A DNA stretch of 64,000 nt from Geosiphon pyriformis uo1 (lineage: Eukaryota > Fungi > Glomeromycota), in NCBI GenBank assembly GCA_016748015.1, contig JAAOMT010000003.1, positions 1,306,373 through 1,370,372 of the forward strand, read 5' to 3'. This document shows, piece after piece, positions 1-11,895 of this stretch. Within the stretch, counting starts at the first letter, position 1, and each line of letters starts with the position of its first letter. Made by a program: the position numbers and the translations under genes. The notes under the pieces are model-generated. The model ran no database searches and was not told the origin of the DNA. It worked only from the letters and a program-made list of their open reading frames with translations.

Positions 1-515
1 TTGACCAAACCCAAATCAAAACACTTGTTGAAACTGGCACATTTGTGAGAACCATCCTCATTGAAATCACCACCAAGAATGATAAAAGAAGATTTATTTA
101 TCACTTTAGCAATGAAAAAGTTGATATTACCAGCCTGAGAGAAACGAACTACCAAAGAAGCACCAGCATACAGCCCTAGAATTGACACAGAAAGTTTGTT
201 CCTAAAAAGCAGCCTCACTGACAAGAGCTGACCAGGAACCTCTGAAACCTTGCACACATGTCTCGCCAACAAAGAGTTCAAAATAATAGCAACACCAGAT
301 CCCATGTGATCAGAATCCAGATCAGAAGTAAAAATGCGAATGCCATCAAACCTATCAGCAATTCAAGGACGAATTTTCCCCTTTAACTTTGTTTCAGTGA
401 CAATAGAAACCAGATTGTTCATATCCTTATGCCAATGCACAATGTCTGCCTGCTTTGCACAATTGTTCATACTTCTGACATTGCATGTGGCAATCTTCCA
501 AACTAAATGAGTCAT
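1..515 (-). pseudogene. LINE ORF2 N-terminal apurinic/apyrimidinic endonuclease domain
   Basis: Reads MTHLVWKIATCNVRSMN..VTETKL..IRP*IAD..GSGVAII..ILGLYAG..IILGGDFNED (APE motifs N-V-R, E-T, GVA, GDFN). There is a premature TGA at 363-365, and the ATG (513-515) overlaps the ORF1 stop. Confidence 0.9.
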
Positions 516-2467
516 TGAGATAACATGAGAGCTGACAAACCCAAACCAGAACACAGAAGATTCAACTTATCCAAAACTGAACCGACTGAAGCTTCCAAAG
601 TGACCAATTTTGTCTCCAAACCATCCACCTTGGCAGTAAGAACCTTAGAACCACTAGTGCTGAGGTTGACAACAGCATCATTAGCGACAAAGAGAGTAAT
701 ACCAGAAGAACTTAAAGCATTGTTTACAATCATATCCGAATCCACTTCAGAATTCAAAGCTGCAGAAACAACAGAAGTGGAAACCATGAAAGAAGGAACT
801 AAGGGAACCACACCAAAGGAATCCAACCTAACCAAGATGCCAGAAACACAGTCAGCCAAAAGCTCCAAAGAGTGTTCCAAAATTGCCAAACGATCATTCA
901 AATGGGACACAACAAGAGGATCAGAGATTGCTAAAGGATGAACCAAACCAGAATGCAAATCATAACCAGAAGAACTAGAAAGAAACACATAGAAGGGGGT
1001 GCCACTAGCAACTTGGGCCCATGTCTTGCCACCAAACAAAACTGGATGAGCAATAGAAGCTGATTTTTTTTTATATATACCAGCCAGGTGAATCCGATCC
1101 TGATCAGAAACTACCCTTTTCTCACGAGCACCAGAACTTCCATCCACAAGACAATCAGCATGGATATAACCAAATTGTTTGCACTTGGCACAGCTAGCCA
1201 AAACAAGACTAGTCTAACGCAAACTAACACTCTTGAAAATCGGAATGGTACTAATAGCAGCCAACTTGGCAGCCTTATCATTAAAACAAACAATTGCACA
1301 TTTATTGCGAACATAAGAGACAGAATTGCGACCAATGAAACATGTCTTCTCATTATAAGATTCCAACAAATCAGAAAGATCATAGGCTGTTGTTCCCACT
1401 GGCAAAGTATACAACAAAGCCCGATGCCGATTCCTAGAAACCCACGATTGTTTATCTTCAGTTGCCAAAGCCACTCGCACAGAATCCTTACCCATGAAAA
1501 CTGACCATTTGGAAGCAACCATGCCAGCTATTTCAGCTGACTTAAACTCCACCAAGATCTTTTGCCATAGACCAACTAACTGCATTCTGATTGAAACAAT
1601 CTCACCAAACTTGGAAAAAACTGATTTCACAGCTGATTTGGGAAGATTGACTGAAATCTCCTTGACCACAATTTCCTGATTTGAACGACTGTTTATTTTT
1701 CTTAGCTCATTATTAACTAAAATTTTCCCACTGACAGCCAAACTCTTTGCCTTATTCATACTAGCTTCTGAAGTGAAAGTAGATCTGATGATTTCAGGAA
1801 ACTTTGAGGAAGTGGAGGCCCCCCCAAAACCATCAACATGATAAAAATTTTTTTTGATTGAGACCAACTTATCACCATTAATTTTGCCAGGAATGGCAGA
1901 TAGCTCAATATCTAATGCAAATGATTTTGACGAATTAAAATTCCATTTCTCTAGTGCACGTGACCCGATTGGAGGAAGGTGAATAGATCCATAAAATTTG
2001 GGACTCGGGAGAGGCAAAGTATCCTCACCATCACTTGGAACGTTGAAAGAGAGAGGTGGCAGCTTACTGTTCAGAACATAGGTGCGGGTACATGTTTTCC
2101 TTGGCATGGCATCATCCATGTTATCATCCAAACCCAAAACATTCGATTCTGCATAGCAAGTTTTCTCAGTGATGACGTTTTCCATATTATTCAAGTCCAA
2201 GACACCACTTATGCTATCCACTTTGCTGTTGACTTCGTTAGCCCACAATCATCCAATATTAGGTCTGTCACCACTTTTATCTATAACGTTCAAGACACCA
2301 GCAGACAACTCCACCAACCCGTCAACTGCTACAGATTTTTTCGGCTTTTTATAGGATGCACTACGAGAATGAGGACCAACCAAACGCTTATTTTTGACAC
2401 CAGACCGGGTCCTCAACTCAGCCGAAATAGACCCAGAACCACCAGCAGCAAAGCCCACTGGTTCCAT
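512..2467 (-). pseudogene. LINE ORF1 (gag-like), ~650 codons with two premature stops
   Basis: ORFs 2249..2467, 1214..2248 and 512..1201 share one frame, broken by TGA (2249-2251) and TAG (1214-1216). CAKCKQFGYIHADC is a CCHC knuckle with H>Y. The C-terminus is coiled-coil-like. Confidence 0.85.
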
Positions 2468-2599
2468 AGCTACAAAAAGGGGAATATCTGAAAAAATAAC
2501 TGGAGAAAGTTGAAGGAGAAAGGGAAAAAGAAGGCTATTTTAGTGATGACTCAATGCTTTCATTGTGACTGGGGGATTAACGAAAGAAAAAGATTAACT

Positions 2600-5520
2600 T
2601 TTTAAAACCCATATTTTTGTATACAATTTTAATTAAATAAAAACCAATTTAATTTTTTTGTTTTTTAATAATATATTTAGTTCTAATAATATTTACAAGT
2701 TATTAAAAATTCTTAAATAAACAATTTTTATTTTAATATTTAATAAAATTATAAAAATTAAATAGTTTATATTAAAATCTGTATTTTAGATTTTATATGA
2801 TTTTTTTGGTTTAAAATTAATTATTAAAAAAATTATTATTTTAAAAAATATATTTAAAACTAAATTAATAAATTTTTTATTTAATTATATTGTTTTAAAA
2901 ATTAATAAGCTGGTTTTTTAAATATAAAATTATATATGTTTTGTTTTTTAATCTCTAAATTTTATATAATAATTAAAATATATTATTATTATTTTTGGTT
3001 TTTATAAAAAATTAAATATAATTATTATTAAAACTAATATTTTAAAAAAAAATTATATCTTATAAAAATTTTTAATTATTAGTATTGTTTTAAATATTAA
3101 GATTTAAATTATTTAAGTTTTAAATTTATAATAAAACTTAAATATTATTATTAATTCTTTTTTTTATAATTTTTATAATTATAACTAAAGCAAAAAATAA
3201 AAAAACTGTATTTTTTTTATTAATAAAATATTAGTAACTATAAAAATTGCTTAATAGTACATTTTTTTAAGTAATATAGTAATTAAATAGCTTTTTATTA
3301 TTTTAAAACCACTTTTTTTGTTTTTAATTAAGTTTTTTTTCTAAAGTTTTTTTAAAATAATTCTAATGTTGTTTTTGTTTTTTTAAGAATTTTAAAGTAT
3401 TTAATAAAAAATCAGTAATTAAAATGTTTTTTTTTGTTTTTTTTATTATTATTACTTAAATAACCAAAAAAACCAGAATAATCAAAAAACAATTTTTTTA
3501 ATCATTTATTATGTTTAATAACAACTTTTTTGAAATATTAAAAAGTCTTTTTTTGGTTTTTTTAATAGTTTTAGTGTTTTAAAGTTTGTTTGTTTTTTTT
3601 GGTTTTTTTTTCAGTTTTGTATTATTAACTTCAATTATAAAATTTGGTTTTATTATAACTGTAAATAAAAAAAAATTTGTTTTAGATAATAACAATTAAA
3701 ATATATTAATTAATTCTAATTTAGATTAGTTTTTGGCTAATATTTTAATTTCTGGTTAATTTTTATTAGTTTTAAAAGCAAAACAAAACATGTTTTAAAT
3801 GTGTTTTTAATAAATTAATTTATCAGATTACTTAATTTTAAAATTTGAATTAATTAGATAAAAACCAAAATAATAATTTTTTTTTGTTTTTTAGTATTGT
3901 TTCTAATAGTGCTTAAAAAATTATTATTAATTATTAAAAATTGCTAAATTTTTAATTTTTAATTTAATATTTAATACTTTTTAAAATCAAATTAATTCTT
4001 ATTAAGTCTGTTTTCTAATTTATACATAATTTTATTAATGTTAAATTTGTATTTAAAAACAATATAAAGTTTTTCTGTATAAAGTTTGCTTTTTAAGCTT
4101 TTTTAAATATTGTGTTTTAAGTTAAACTTATTAATTTTGTCCTTTTTTTTACTTTTAAATTGCTAAATTTATGGTAATATTTAAGTTTTTTTTTGGTGTT
4201 ATTGCTTTAAATAATATGTTTTTAATATATATCAATAACTAATATTAAAACAGTTTTTAATATAATAAAATTTTCAAAGTTATTTTAAAGTTTGCTAATA
4301 TTTAGCAATATATTTTTATAAATTAAAAAAACTATTTTTTTATAACCAAATTAGTCAATTTTTTTTTGGTTGTTTAGCTTTTAAAATTAATAAACTGGTT
4401 TTTTAAGTTGGTAATTATACTTGTTTTATTTTCTATTTTCTTAATTTTGCTTAATAGCTTCAATATATAATTGTTATTTTTGGTTTTAAAAATAATTTAA
4501 ATGTTATTATTATTAAAATTGGTATTTTAAAAAAGTATAAAATTTGATAAAAAACTTTTAAATATTAATAATATTTTAAATATTAAAATTTTTTTATCTG
4601 ATTTAAACTATAAAGTATTATTACTTTTTTTTTAAATTGTTTTTTAAGTTTTCTGGTAGTTTTAAGTTTTTTATTTCTTTTTTATTAATGTAAAATTTTA
4701 TATTAATATATATATTTTTTTTATTGTATTTTTAACTGTTTTTGTTGTTAATCTTGTAATTAAATCTAAATTAAATTTTTTGGATTTTGAATTTGGCTAT
4801 TTTGATAAAATTTATTATTAAGTTAATTGATTTGTTTATTACTTTGATTATTATTATTTTAAATATTTTTTTTACTTTATATAAAAAACTCAAAAGTATA
4901 ATTACTATTGTACAAAATAAAATATTTGTTTTTAATAAATTTTTGAATAAAATTAACAAAAAATTAATTAACATTAAAACTGGCTATATAAATAGATTTA
5001 ATGATAATTTAAATAATCTGAATAAAAATACTTATATTAAATTATTGGCTTTTTGAAAACATTAATTAATTAATATTAAATCAAATACAAATAAAATTAT
5101 TAAATAGATAAATAGTATTATTAATAATAATAATATGTTAATTATAATAATATATAAAATATCTTTTCAAAATATATTTTCTTTTATAAAATTAACATAA
5201 TTTAACTTAAACTGAACTTATGTTTAGTCATATATAAAAAGTACATAAATTATATTTAATTTAAATTATTTGGTTTAACTTATTATATTAAATAATAGTT
5301 AGATTACATATTAAATAAATAAATAAATAAATATAAAACTTGTAATTAATTTTAAGATTTTAATAAGTTATTTTACTAATATGATATTATAAACAAAACT
5401 ATTGCTTTTTTGGTCTCTTTTTTTGTTATTGGTATTGATTTTGTAGTTAATTTCAAATTGGCTTCTTTAAAATTTAATTTAATTAAACTTTTTTTGTTAA
5501 TTAAGTTTATTAATAAGCTT
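2600..5520. repeat. Hypermutated AT-rich TE relic block with internal duplication (~2880-3130 vs ~4370-4600)
   Basis: Almost no CpG. The segment ~3800-4180 aligns by eye to 51080-51362+56530-56660, to 38080-38470 and (inverted) to ~27600-27930. Confidence 0.65.
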
Positions 5521-5528
5521 ATTAGTAT

Positions 5529-6230
5529 TGTTACAGTTGAAACTTATACTTCTTATTAATTATCACATGTATTAGCCACTGATATCATATAAATTAGCCA
5601 CTTTATTTTTAGAAAGTGATCATTGACCTAATCAATAACCTGACCATTGACCTGATCATTAACCTAATCATTGATCTGATCATTGACCTGATCATTGACC
5701 ACTTTTGATAACTATATAAGTGATGAATCTCTTAGCTGTAGAAAAATATGTAAGAATCAAAAGAAATAAATAAATAAAATAACAACTTTCATCTCAATCA
5801 TTCTCTTATTGCTAATTTCTCTTTCCCTACCTTCAAGTATCTGAACATCTTGGGATAAAAGATTACTTGTTGGTTATTCCTTACCCTTTTCCTGACTCAT
5901 ATAATTGTAGTATTTGAAGATTATTGAATAAAACGTAACTGAAGAGCACATCTAATACCTGATATTGAATTCTAAGAGCGCTGACATGAGGCATAGAATT
6001 ATACCAGGTGTGATCATTTGTTGACAGTACGGACTATCTCTCTACCTTCAGATTCCCTGGTTATCTTTTGAAAGAATAGTGACTGAGATATTTTATGAGA
6101 CTGATCTCGCACATTGAATCCATACATATTCAATTCGCTCTTTAAAGTTGAATTCCCTTTGATTCCTTTCATCACCCTACAATCCTGTTCTCCCTTGCTA
6201 TCCATTAGCTTGTTACTCCAACCCGTAACA
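5529..6230 (+). mobile_element. Solo LTR (702 bp), TGTTACAGTT...CCCGTAACA, 4-bp TSD GTAT
   Basis: TG..CA inverted termini; GTAT at 5525-5528 and 6231-6234. The termini match the Gypsy LTR at 56667-57225 read on the minus strand. Confidence 0.85.
5618..5701 (+). repeat. Tandem 12-bp repeat (GATCATTGACCT-like, ~7 copies) inside the solo LTR
   Basis: gatcattgacct aatcaataacct gaccattgacct gatcattaacct aatcattgatct gatcattgacct gatcattgacc. Confidence 0.85.
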
Positions 6231-6746
6231 GTATTTTGTAAATATTTCTTCTTTTTTAAATATTAAAATTAAAAAAATATTGGCATTTTTGGAAAAGTTA
6301 TTACAAATTTAGATTCTTTTGTTAATAAGAAAAATTTTGTGATTTTGCATAAGATGACTATTGGATAAGTTCACTTCAGTAAATTTAATGTAGTTTAGCC
6401 TTGACTGGGCTCGTGTTTGGTCACATGTAGAAAGCGCGTAAACCACATTTATTTTAAAAACACTAAGTTGTTGTATTGTAATAGATAGTGGTAGGGCTAC
6501 ACGTTAAAAAAAAAAAACTAGATTTTGAAGGATTGTTAACCAATTCAAATCTCTTTGTCCAATTGTTAATCCTTAATGAATTCCAAGTGTTCAAATTTAA
6601 AATTCTTGAACTTAGTATTTCGAAATAACTCTTGTATTTTTTTTAAAGATTAAATATAATTAAAAAAAATAATTTTATAACTTTTGGCTTTTTATCAATT
6701 ATTTAATATTTGTACTTATTAATCGGAAACTCTATCACACCAACAT

Positions 6747-7810
6747 ATGGATGATAATATAGTATCTTCTCCCCCTCCTCAGCCACCCTCACCCACAGAA
6801 TTTCCACCCTTACCTTCTTCCCCACCTTCAACCGCAACTGATAACCCAGCTACCGAACAACCCACTTCAGATCTAGTCAAAACACATCGAATGCTTTTAG
6901 AATTATTTTGTGATCCACTTCTAGCAGATTTACGCGCTTTGGCTGGTGTCGAAGATGTAATTTCGGATGTAAAGCTTAAGTCTCCGGTCCTTAAAACCCA
7001 CACCGAAGAAGAGGGAGTTGCTCATGACCAGAGACTATTTGAATCGGAAGAAATTGGTTTAAAAAGTATGAAGCAGTTAGTGGAGAGAGTTACTGTAGAC
7101 CACGTTGAAACATTAATCGCTTTGGAACAGGGCAACGCTTTTGAAATTTATGTCAAGCGTGGCGGTGTCCAAGATTTAGGTGAGATCACCTACCTCTTTA
7201 TTTAGGAATAATCGGATATACTAAAAACCTTTAACTTTCTAGTGTTGGTCATCAAACAGAACGCTACCGTGTTTGATCTGAAAAATATGATTAAAACACG
7301 AATAGAACGTGACGAGAATGAAAAGAATGAACGGAAAAAGAATGAGGAAAAGGCACTAAAAAAACGAAAATTTGTTGAGGGTGGTTTTATGACAGGGAAG
7401 GGTTTCCTCGATGAAAGTGATAATCAATCTTCAAACTTACGAATTAAGAATGGAGGTGATTGTGATGGGGGAAGCTGGCAAGTAGATCGTTCTCTTCGTA
7501 GCGGATATGATGGTCTCTCGCGTAAAAAAAAGAAACAAGAGCGACGAAAAAGAAGAAATAAGAAAATAAGTTGGTAGGTGCCCTTAGACAATTAGGAAGA
7601 TTTCTTATTGCATCAAAATTTAAAGATAATCCGTTTTCCCTTTTTAGGAGATATATTTGGAATTCTTACTGTTTAATGTTTGAAGGTCAACGCTTGTTAA
7701 ACGATAAAGCGCGTATTCAAGAATTGGGAATACGAAGCGCAAGTGTTTTGAAATTTTCAAGATTGGCAAATAAAGGCGATGAAAAACATAGGAATTACCA
7801 AAGCTGGTGA
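6747..7810 (+). CDS. SNRNP25: U11/U12 snRNP 25 kDa protein-like (ubiquitin-like fold); exons ~6747-7179, 7243-7573, 7648-7810
   Basis: Motifs DPLLADL, LIALEQG..F.I.V.R, V.QNATVFDLK, ISWRYIWNSYCL.FEGQRL and LGIR.ASVLKF; GT-AG introns join the ORF fragments in frame. Confidence 0.8.
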
Positions 7811-7974
7811 ATTCTCATGCAACTGGCCACAATTTATTGTATGCTTTTCACGTATCCTTTAGCTGTTCCCTACTGTTAATATTGTTACATATGTTTTTGC
7901 ATGAGTCAATATTAAATACATTTTTGTTTTATTCAAGCGTAGTTGGAAAAAAGTCGAGATTTAAATAGAATTTT

Positions 7975-10021
7975 TCAAGTATCCATCGGTTTTGTGCCAT
8001 CCACAAAGTTGCTTTTGAGGCCTTGCCAAAATTTCCAATAATCTGATTGGACATGAACCTGGTTTGAAAGTGCCCAGGGAGTTAAGCCAAGCATCAGAGT
8101 AGTTTCAAACATGAATGCTGTACGAAACAAGTTTCACATTAAATCAGAGATTACTAAATGATCCAAGGTCCAAAAACAAGAAAAGCATACCAATACTCCC
8201 ATCACCGATGCGAGTTGGCTCAAGTTCTTGGTTGGTTGCTCTTTCAAATGTCGGAGCATCTGGACCGTGTGGAGTCATGTGGCTATGGAGGCTATTATTA
8301 TAAAGTTGCAAGATCTTGTTCAAAATTAGGTAGACTTTGCGGATGACTATTTGAAATATATATATACCTTGCGCCACCAGGAAGGAATCCTTCAGCCTTG
8401 GCTTCATACGAACCTTCAATTAAACCCATGAATTCGGAGGCATTGTTACGATGAAAAAAAGGTGGCCTAAACTGAAAAAACAATTGAAATTAATAGGGGA
8501 AAAACGTGGATATATTATGATATTCATGATCATCCTACTGTATGTTCTTGTACGGCCCAACGTGGAGGGAAAATGACAAAGTCTGCGATGGGGGTGTTCG
8601 AAGAAGGGGATTTGGAAGTGAGGACCGTGAATATGGAAGGATCCTGCGTACATTAAAAATCAATCAGCTATTGTTTGGAGTTCGAGCATTGCGATAAAAT
8701 ATTTAACATATACCGGATGATCAAAGGTCACAGAGCTAATAGCATTGAAATTTCGCAGATTATATTTATAGGGAACATAATTTCCGTACCAGGCTACTAC
8801 ATTGAACGGTGAATAATCCTAAACGAAATTTGAGATAAATAGTATCCTCATGAGCGGACTTTTTAGATCTCTGAAACTTCGAAATCTTACCTGCTTTGCT
8901 GTAAATAATTGTCCGACGTATTTATTCACTATCAACCAATCTCCTAGTTTGTCTTCAAAAGCAGCAGTAGGTGTGAAAAAGTCACGCGGACGTGCAAGGC
9001 CATTAGAACCTATTGTGTATATTTTAGTATAGCAAAGTTTGAAACTTTAAAGGAGATAATTTTTAAAAACTAACCGATAGCTCCCAGCTCTGGCAATTCA
9101 AAATGATTTTCAAATACTTCGAGAATGAATCCGCGGCTGTAATTAAATTATGTGAAATATGAGCAATTTTGGTCTCCAACGTTATAATTTTCATAAAAGA
9201 TTACCTGGGTCCATCAGGCAAATTTACAGAATAACGTACCCCACGGGGTATTACGACAATTTCATTAGGAACAGCCAATATGCGACCGAATTCAGTAAAA
9301 ATATCAAGTCGACCATGCTGAGGAACTGCTCAGAAAAGAGAAATTGTAAGATTAATACAACTTGATTATTTATTCTCATTATTTGAATATTACACTTACC
9401 AATGAGAAAATCCCCGTCAGAATTGTAAAATGCCATGTTCTCCATATTTTTGTTTGCTTGATAAATATGAATTGCGAGTCCATTTTTGATCGTGGAATCA
9501 CCCGACCCAGCAAGGGTATTCAAGCCGAATATAAAATTAATTGACTCCTCATCACTTGGTAGCGGAAACGGGCTCCAACGAATTTGATTTGGAATGAATT
9601 CCGTATTTTGAGGTGTGAAGCAAGCGCGGAGATTGGTTTTTGTATCTGATTTAACGAATGGCTCATGACATACTGTTGGGCGAATTCGATAAAGCCAACT
9701 AGAAAATAAAAGTTTAGATCTCCTTAATTTATTTTTTATAAAATTTTTTAAAAATTATACCTGTGCTGATTATATTTTCTCCCAGCGGTAAAAGCTGTTC
9801 CTGTTAACTGTTCAGCGTACAGGTTGTAAGGACACTTCTGAGGGTTATTCTGATCTATGAGACATAAAAGGACAATGAAAATTTCAGTTTTCATAAGTAT
9901 TACACAGTTCACAGTCATGAGGAGAACCTTTGGGAAGCGCGCCAGGCAACGCCTCTGAACTGAAAGTGTTTCCAAAACCAGAAAAGTAGGTGTAAGAATC
10001 AGCTTTGCTTTCTGTGGTCAT
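7975..10021 (-). CDS. hmgA: Homogentisate 1,2-dioxygenase, multi-exon
   Basis: [83 protein letters not shown] and AFMFET; the Fe ligands H/E/H are retained. Confidence 0.95.
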
Positions 10022-10220
10022 TTAAACTTAAGAAAAGGTTGGGTTACAAAAAATGGAACTTGATCACCAAGATTTATATAGAAATGAATCAACTTTCTCA
10101 CGCATCATTTAAAAATTCTCCATTTGGTGATGATCAGTTGATCTATTCCTTTGGCTGCGAGAATTCTGGCGTCACTTTTGGTCGCGTGAGCAAGAACAAA
10201 GGTCCCAATTATGCAATGAT

Positions 10221-10542
10221 CTACGAGTGCATGATTAAGGACCTTCCCTTTATTTTGGTCATGCTTTCCAGTGTGGCCATAGTGGGAGTGTGGCTCATTA
10301 ACGGTGACTCAAACTGATGATCAGTGGAAGGCTGTTTGATGTACAACAGGGCATCCTTGTTTCGATCAAGTGTTCTTGCATCATTGAGTTCAACCTTTCC
10401 GAGGTGGAATTCATCCGGTCTTTAAAGTTTTTAAGTATGCAAGACCATCTCCGTGTTCCAGTTTCACAATTTACTTAATTAAGCGAGGTAATCTACGAGT
10501 TAGTCTCAATTTAGGTTGTTTTTCTTTGAGGGAGGTTCCCAT
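10221..10542 (-). CDS. Candidate small two-exon ORF (88 aa), unknown function
   Basis: ATG at 10542; exon 1 10475-10542; 55-bp GT..AG intron 10420-10474; exon 2 10221-10419 is open to TAG. The region is CpG-containing. No recognised homology. Confidence 0.3.
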
Positions 10543-11151
10543 TGTGTAGCGAAATGTCAGATATTTTCAAGCTTTTGACAACACACCCGATGCTGCGGCA
10601 TGACTTTATTCATTATTTTTCAAATCAGCCGAAATAATTATAGAGAAAGGGAACAATGAAATACTTAAAACGTGTTTCAACATTCGGGATTCGACTGCTT
10701 AAAATTAATGTGGAGAAGTTGTCTCTCGATAAAACTGAAATGAGCTAATACTTTTGTGTTAAAGAAAAAAATGCATTTTTGTAAGATGTATATCCTTTGT
10801 AACCAATATATTCCCTTGGTATGAAATCGTGTATTACAAGCATTTATAGTTAAATACTCGAAACGAAACCAAGTAAGTAAATCATTGAACCAATAGCAGC
10901 GATAATAATGAAATTATTGAAAGATAAACTTCTTCAGGATCACTCAAGTTTTTCCTCTGGTTTTTTGATTTTTTTTTCTTTGGCTGATAAACCAAACATG
11001 TTTAGGATGTTGATGCGGCAATTAATGGAAGCTCAAAAGAGCCTTGTCATCAGGAAACAGCTTCTTTTCGTTCTAATGATTTAATCCAAAGATTAAGAGA
11101 AAATTTTTCAATAAATCCAAGGAAACAAAATCAATTGTCCAATATGTATAA

Positions 11152-11895
11152 TCAATGATGATGATGAAGAAAAAATACCCCAGTCTGTGAAGAAGATGCG
11201 CTTGTATCATCGGAAGGCAACAGCAAATTCGACAAAGACATTGCGCTTGGACGTGAGACAGCATCCGCGCTACCGATCTGGTTATTCGATTGATGGTGGA
11301 CAAAGTATGCCCCATTGGCTGCGTTGGCATGACAAGAAGCCTGGTTGGCAAACTGAAAGAGTTGCGCCGCGGCCAGCACGACCTCAGGATCCAACGATGT
11401 ACGTGATAATGTGACGTCCACAAGCATATTAATATCCCAAACGGCAGCCGCCGCAATCATGTTCAAATCGGATGCATAGAATGCTTGTTGGGAAGCCTGA
11501 GACGTCGACATTACCTTTTTATTATCGATATCAGCAAAATTTGAGAAACCTTGGCTTTGTGACTGTTGTTGCTGTTGTTGTTGTTGTTGTTGATATTGTT
11601 CCTGGGATTCATTTGATTTATTATAATATCGTTCTTGTTGAGAAGTTTGTGGTGAAGGTTGGTTTGTTGCCGACGTAACATTATTGACAATGGACCTAGG
11701 CGTTGGTCGGTTAGAATTTGTGTTCGAGACAGGTCCAACAATAGAGGTTTGTCTCTTTGACCCCTCTCCGTCTATTTCCATAGGGTCGTACGAGTTTTTT
11801 TTCAATATAGCGTCGTTTTTCAAAGTTTTTTTGACAGTTTTCCGGGAGACAACAGAGGAAGGAGACTTGTAAGAAGTCGACATTTTTATTTTCAT
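11152..11895 (-). CDS. Hypothetical Q/S/N-rich protein (247 aa; 3' end may be spliced)
   Basis: Long ORF in a CpG-containing island, with a polyQ tract and low complexity. Confidence 0.6.
   Translation of the reverse strand: MKIKMSTSYKSPSSVVSRKTVKKTLKNDAILKKNSYDPMEIDGEGSKRQTSIVGPVSNTNSNRPTPRSIVNNVTSATNQPSPQTSQQERYYNKSNESQEQYQQQQQQQQQQSQSQGFSNFADIDNKKVMSTSQASQQAFYASDLNMIAAAAVWDINMLVDVTLSRTSLDPEVVLAAAQLFQFANQASCHANAANGAYFVHHQSNNQIGSADAVSRPSAMSLSNLLLPSDDTSASSSQTGVFFLHHHH
11563..11592 (-). repeat. (CAA/CAG)n trinucleotide repeat encoding polyQ
   Basis: ctgttgttgctgttgttgttgttgttgttg on the + strand. Confidence 0.9.

Larger units (their letters stand above)
1..2590 (-). mobile_element. LINE (non-LTR retrotransposon), 5' portion: 5'UTR, ORF1 and start of ORF2; continues off the left edge
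   Basis: ORF1 with Zn-knuckle remnant directly followed by an AP-endonuclease ORF2; the sequence turns abruptly AT-rich after ~2590. Confidence 0.9.

Noticed and set aside
525-2491. Plus-strand ORFs overlapping the LINE (and similar antisense ORFs over hmgA, muniscin, DHR1 and Gypsy)
   Set aside because: They are antisense shadows of real minus-strand coding frames, with no recognisable motifs.
4771-5056. I/K/N/L/F-rich short ORFs in AT blocks (also 33656-34183, 41170-41443, 50546-50810)
   Set aside because: These are compositional artefacts of hypermutated repeats, not genes.
10314-10340. CTGATGA hammerhead-like motif
   Set aside because: No GAAA follows the putative stem II.
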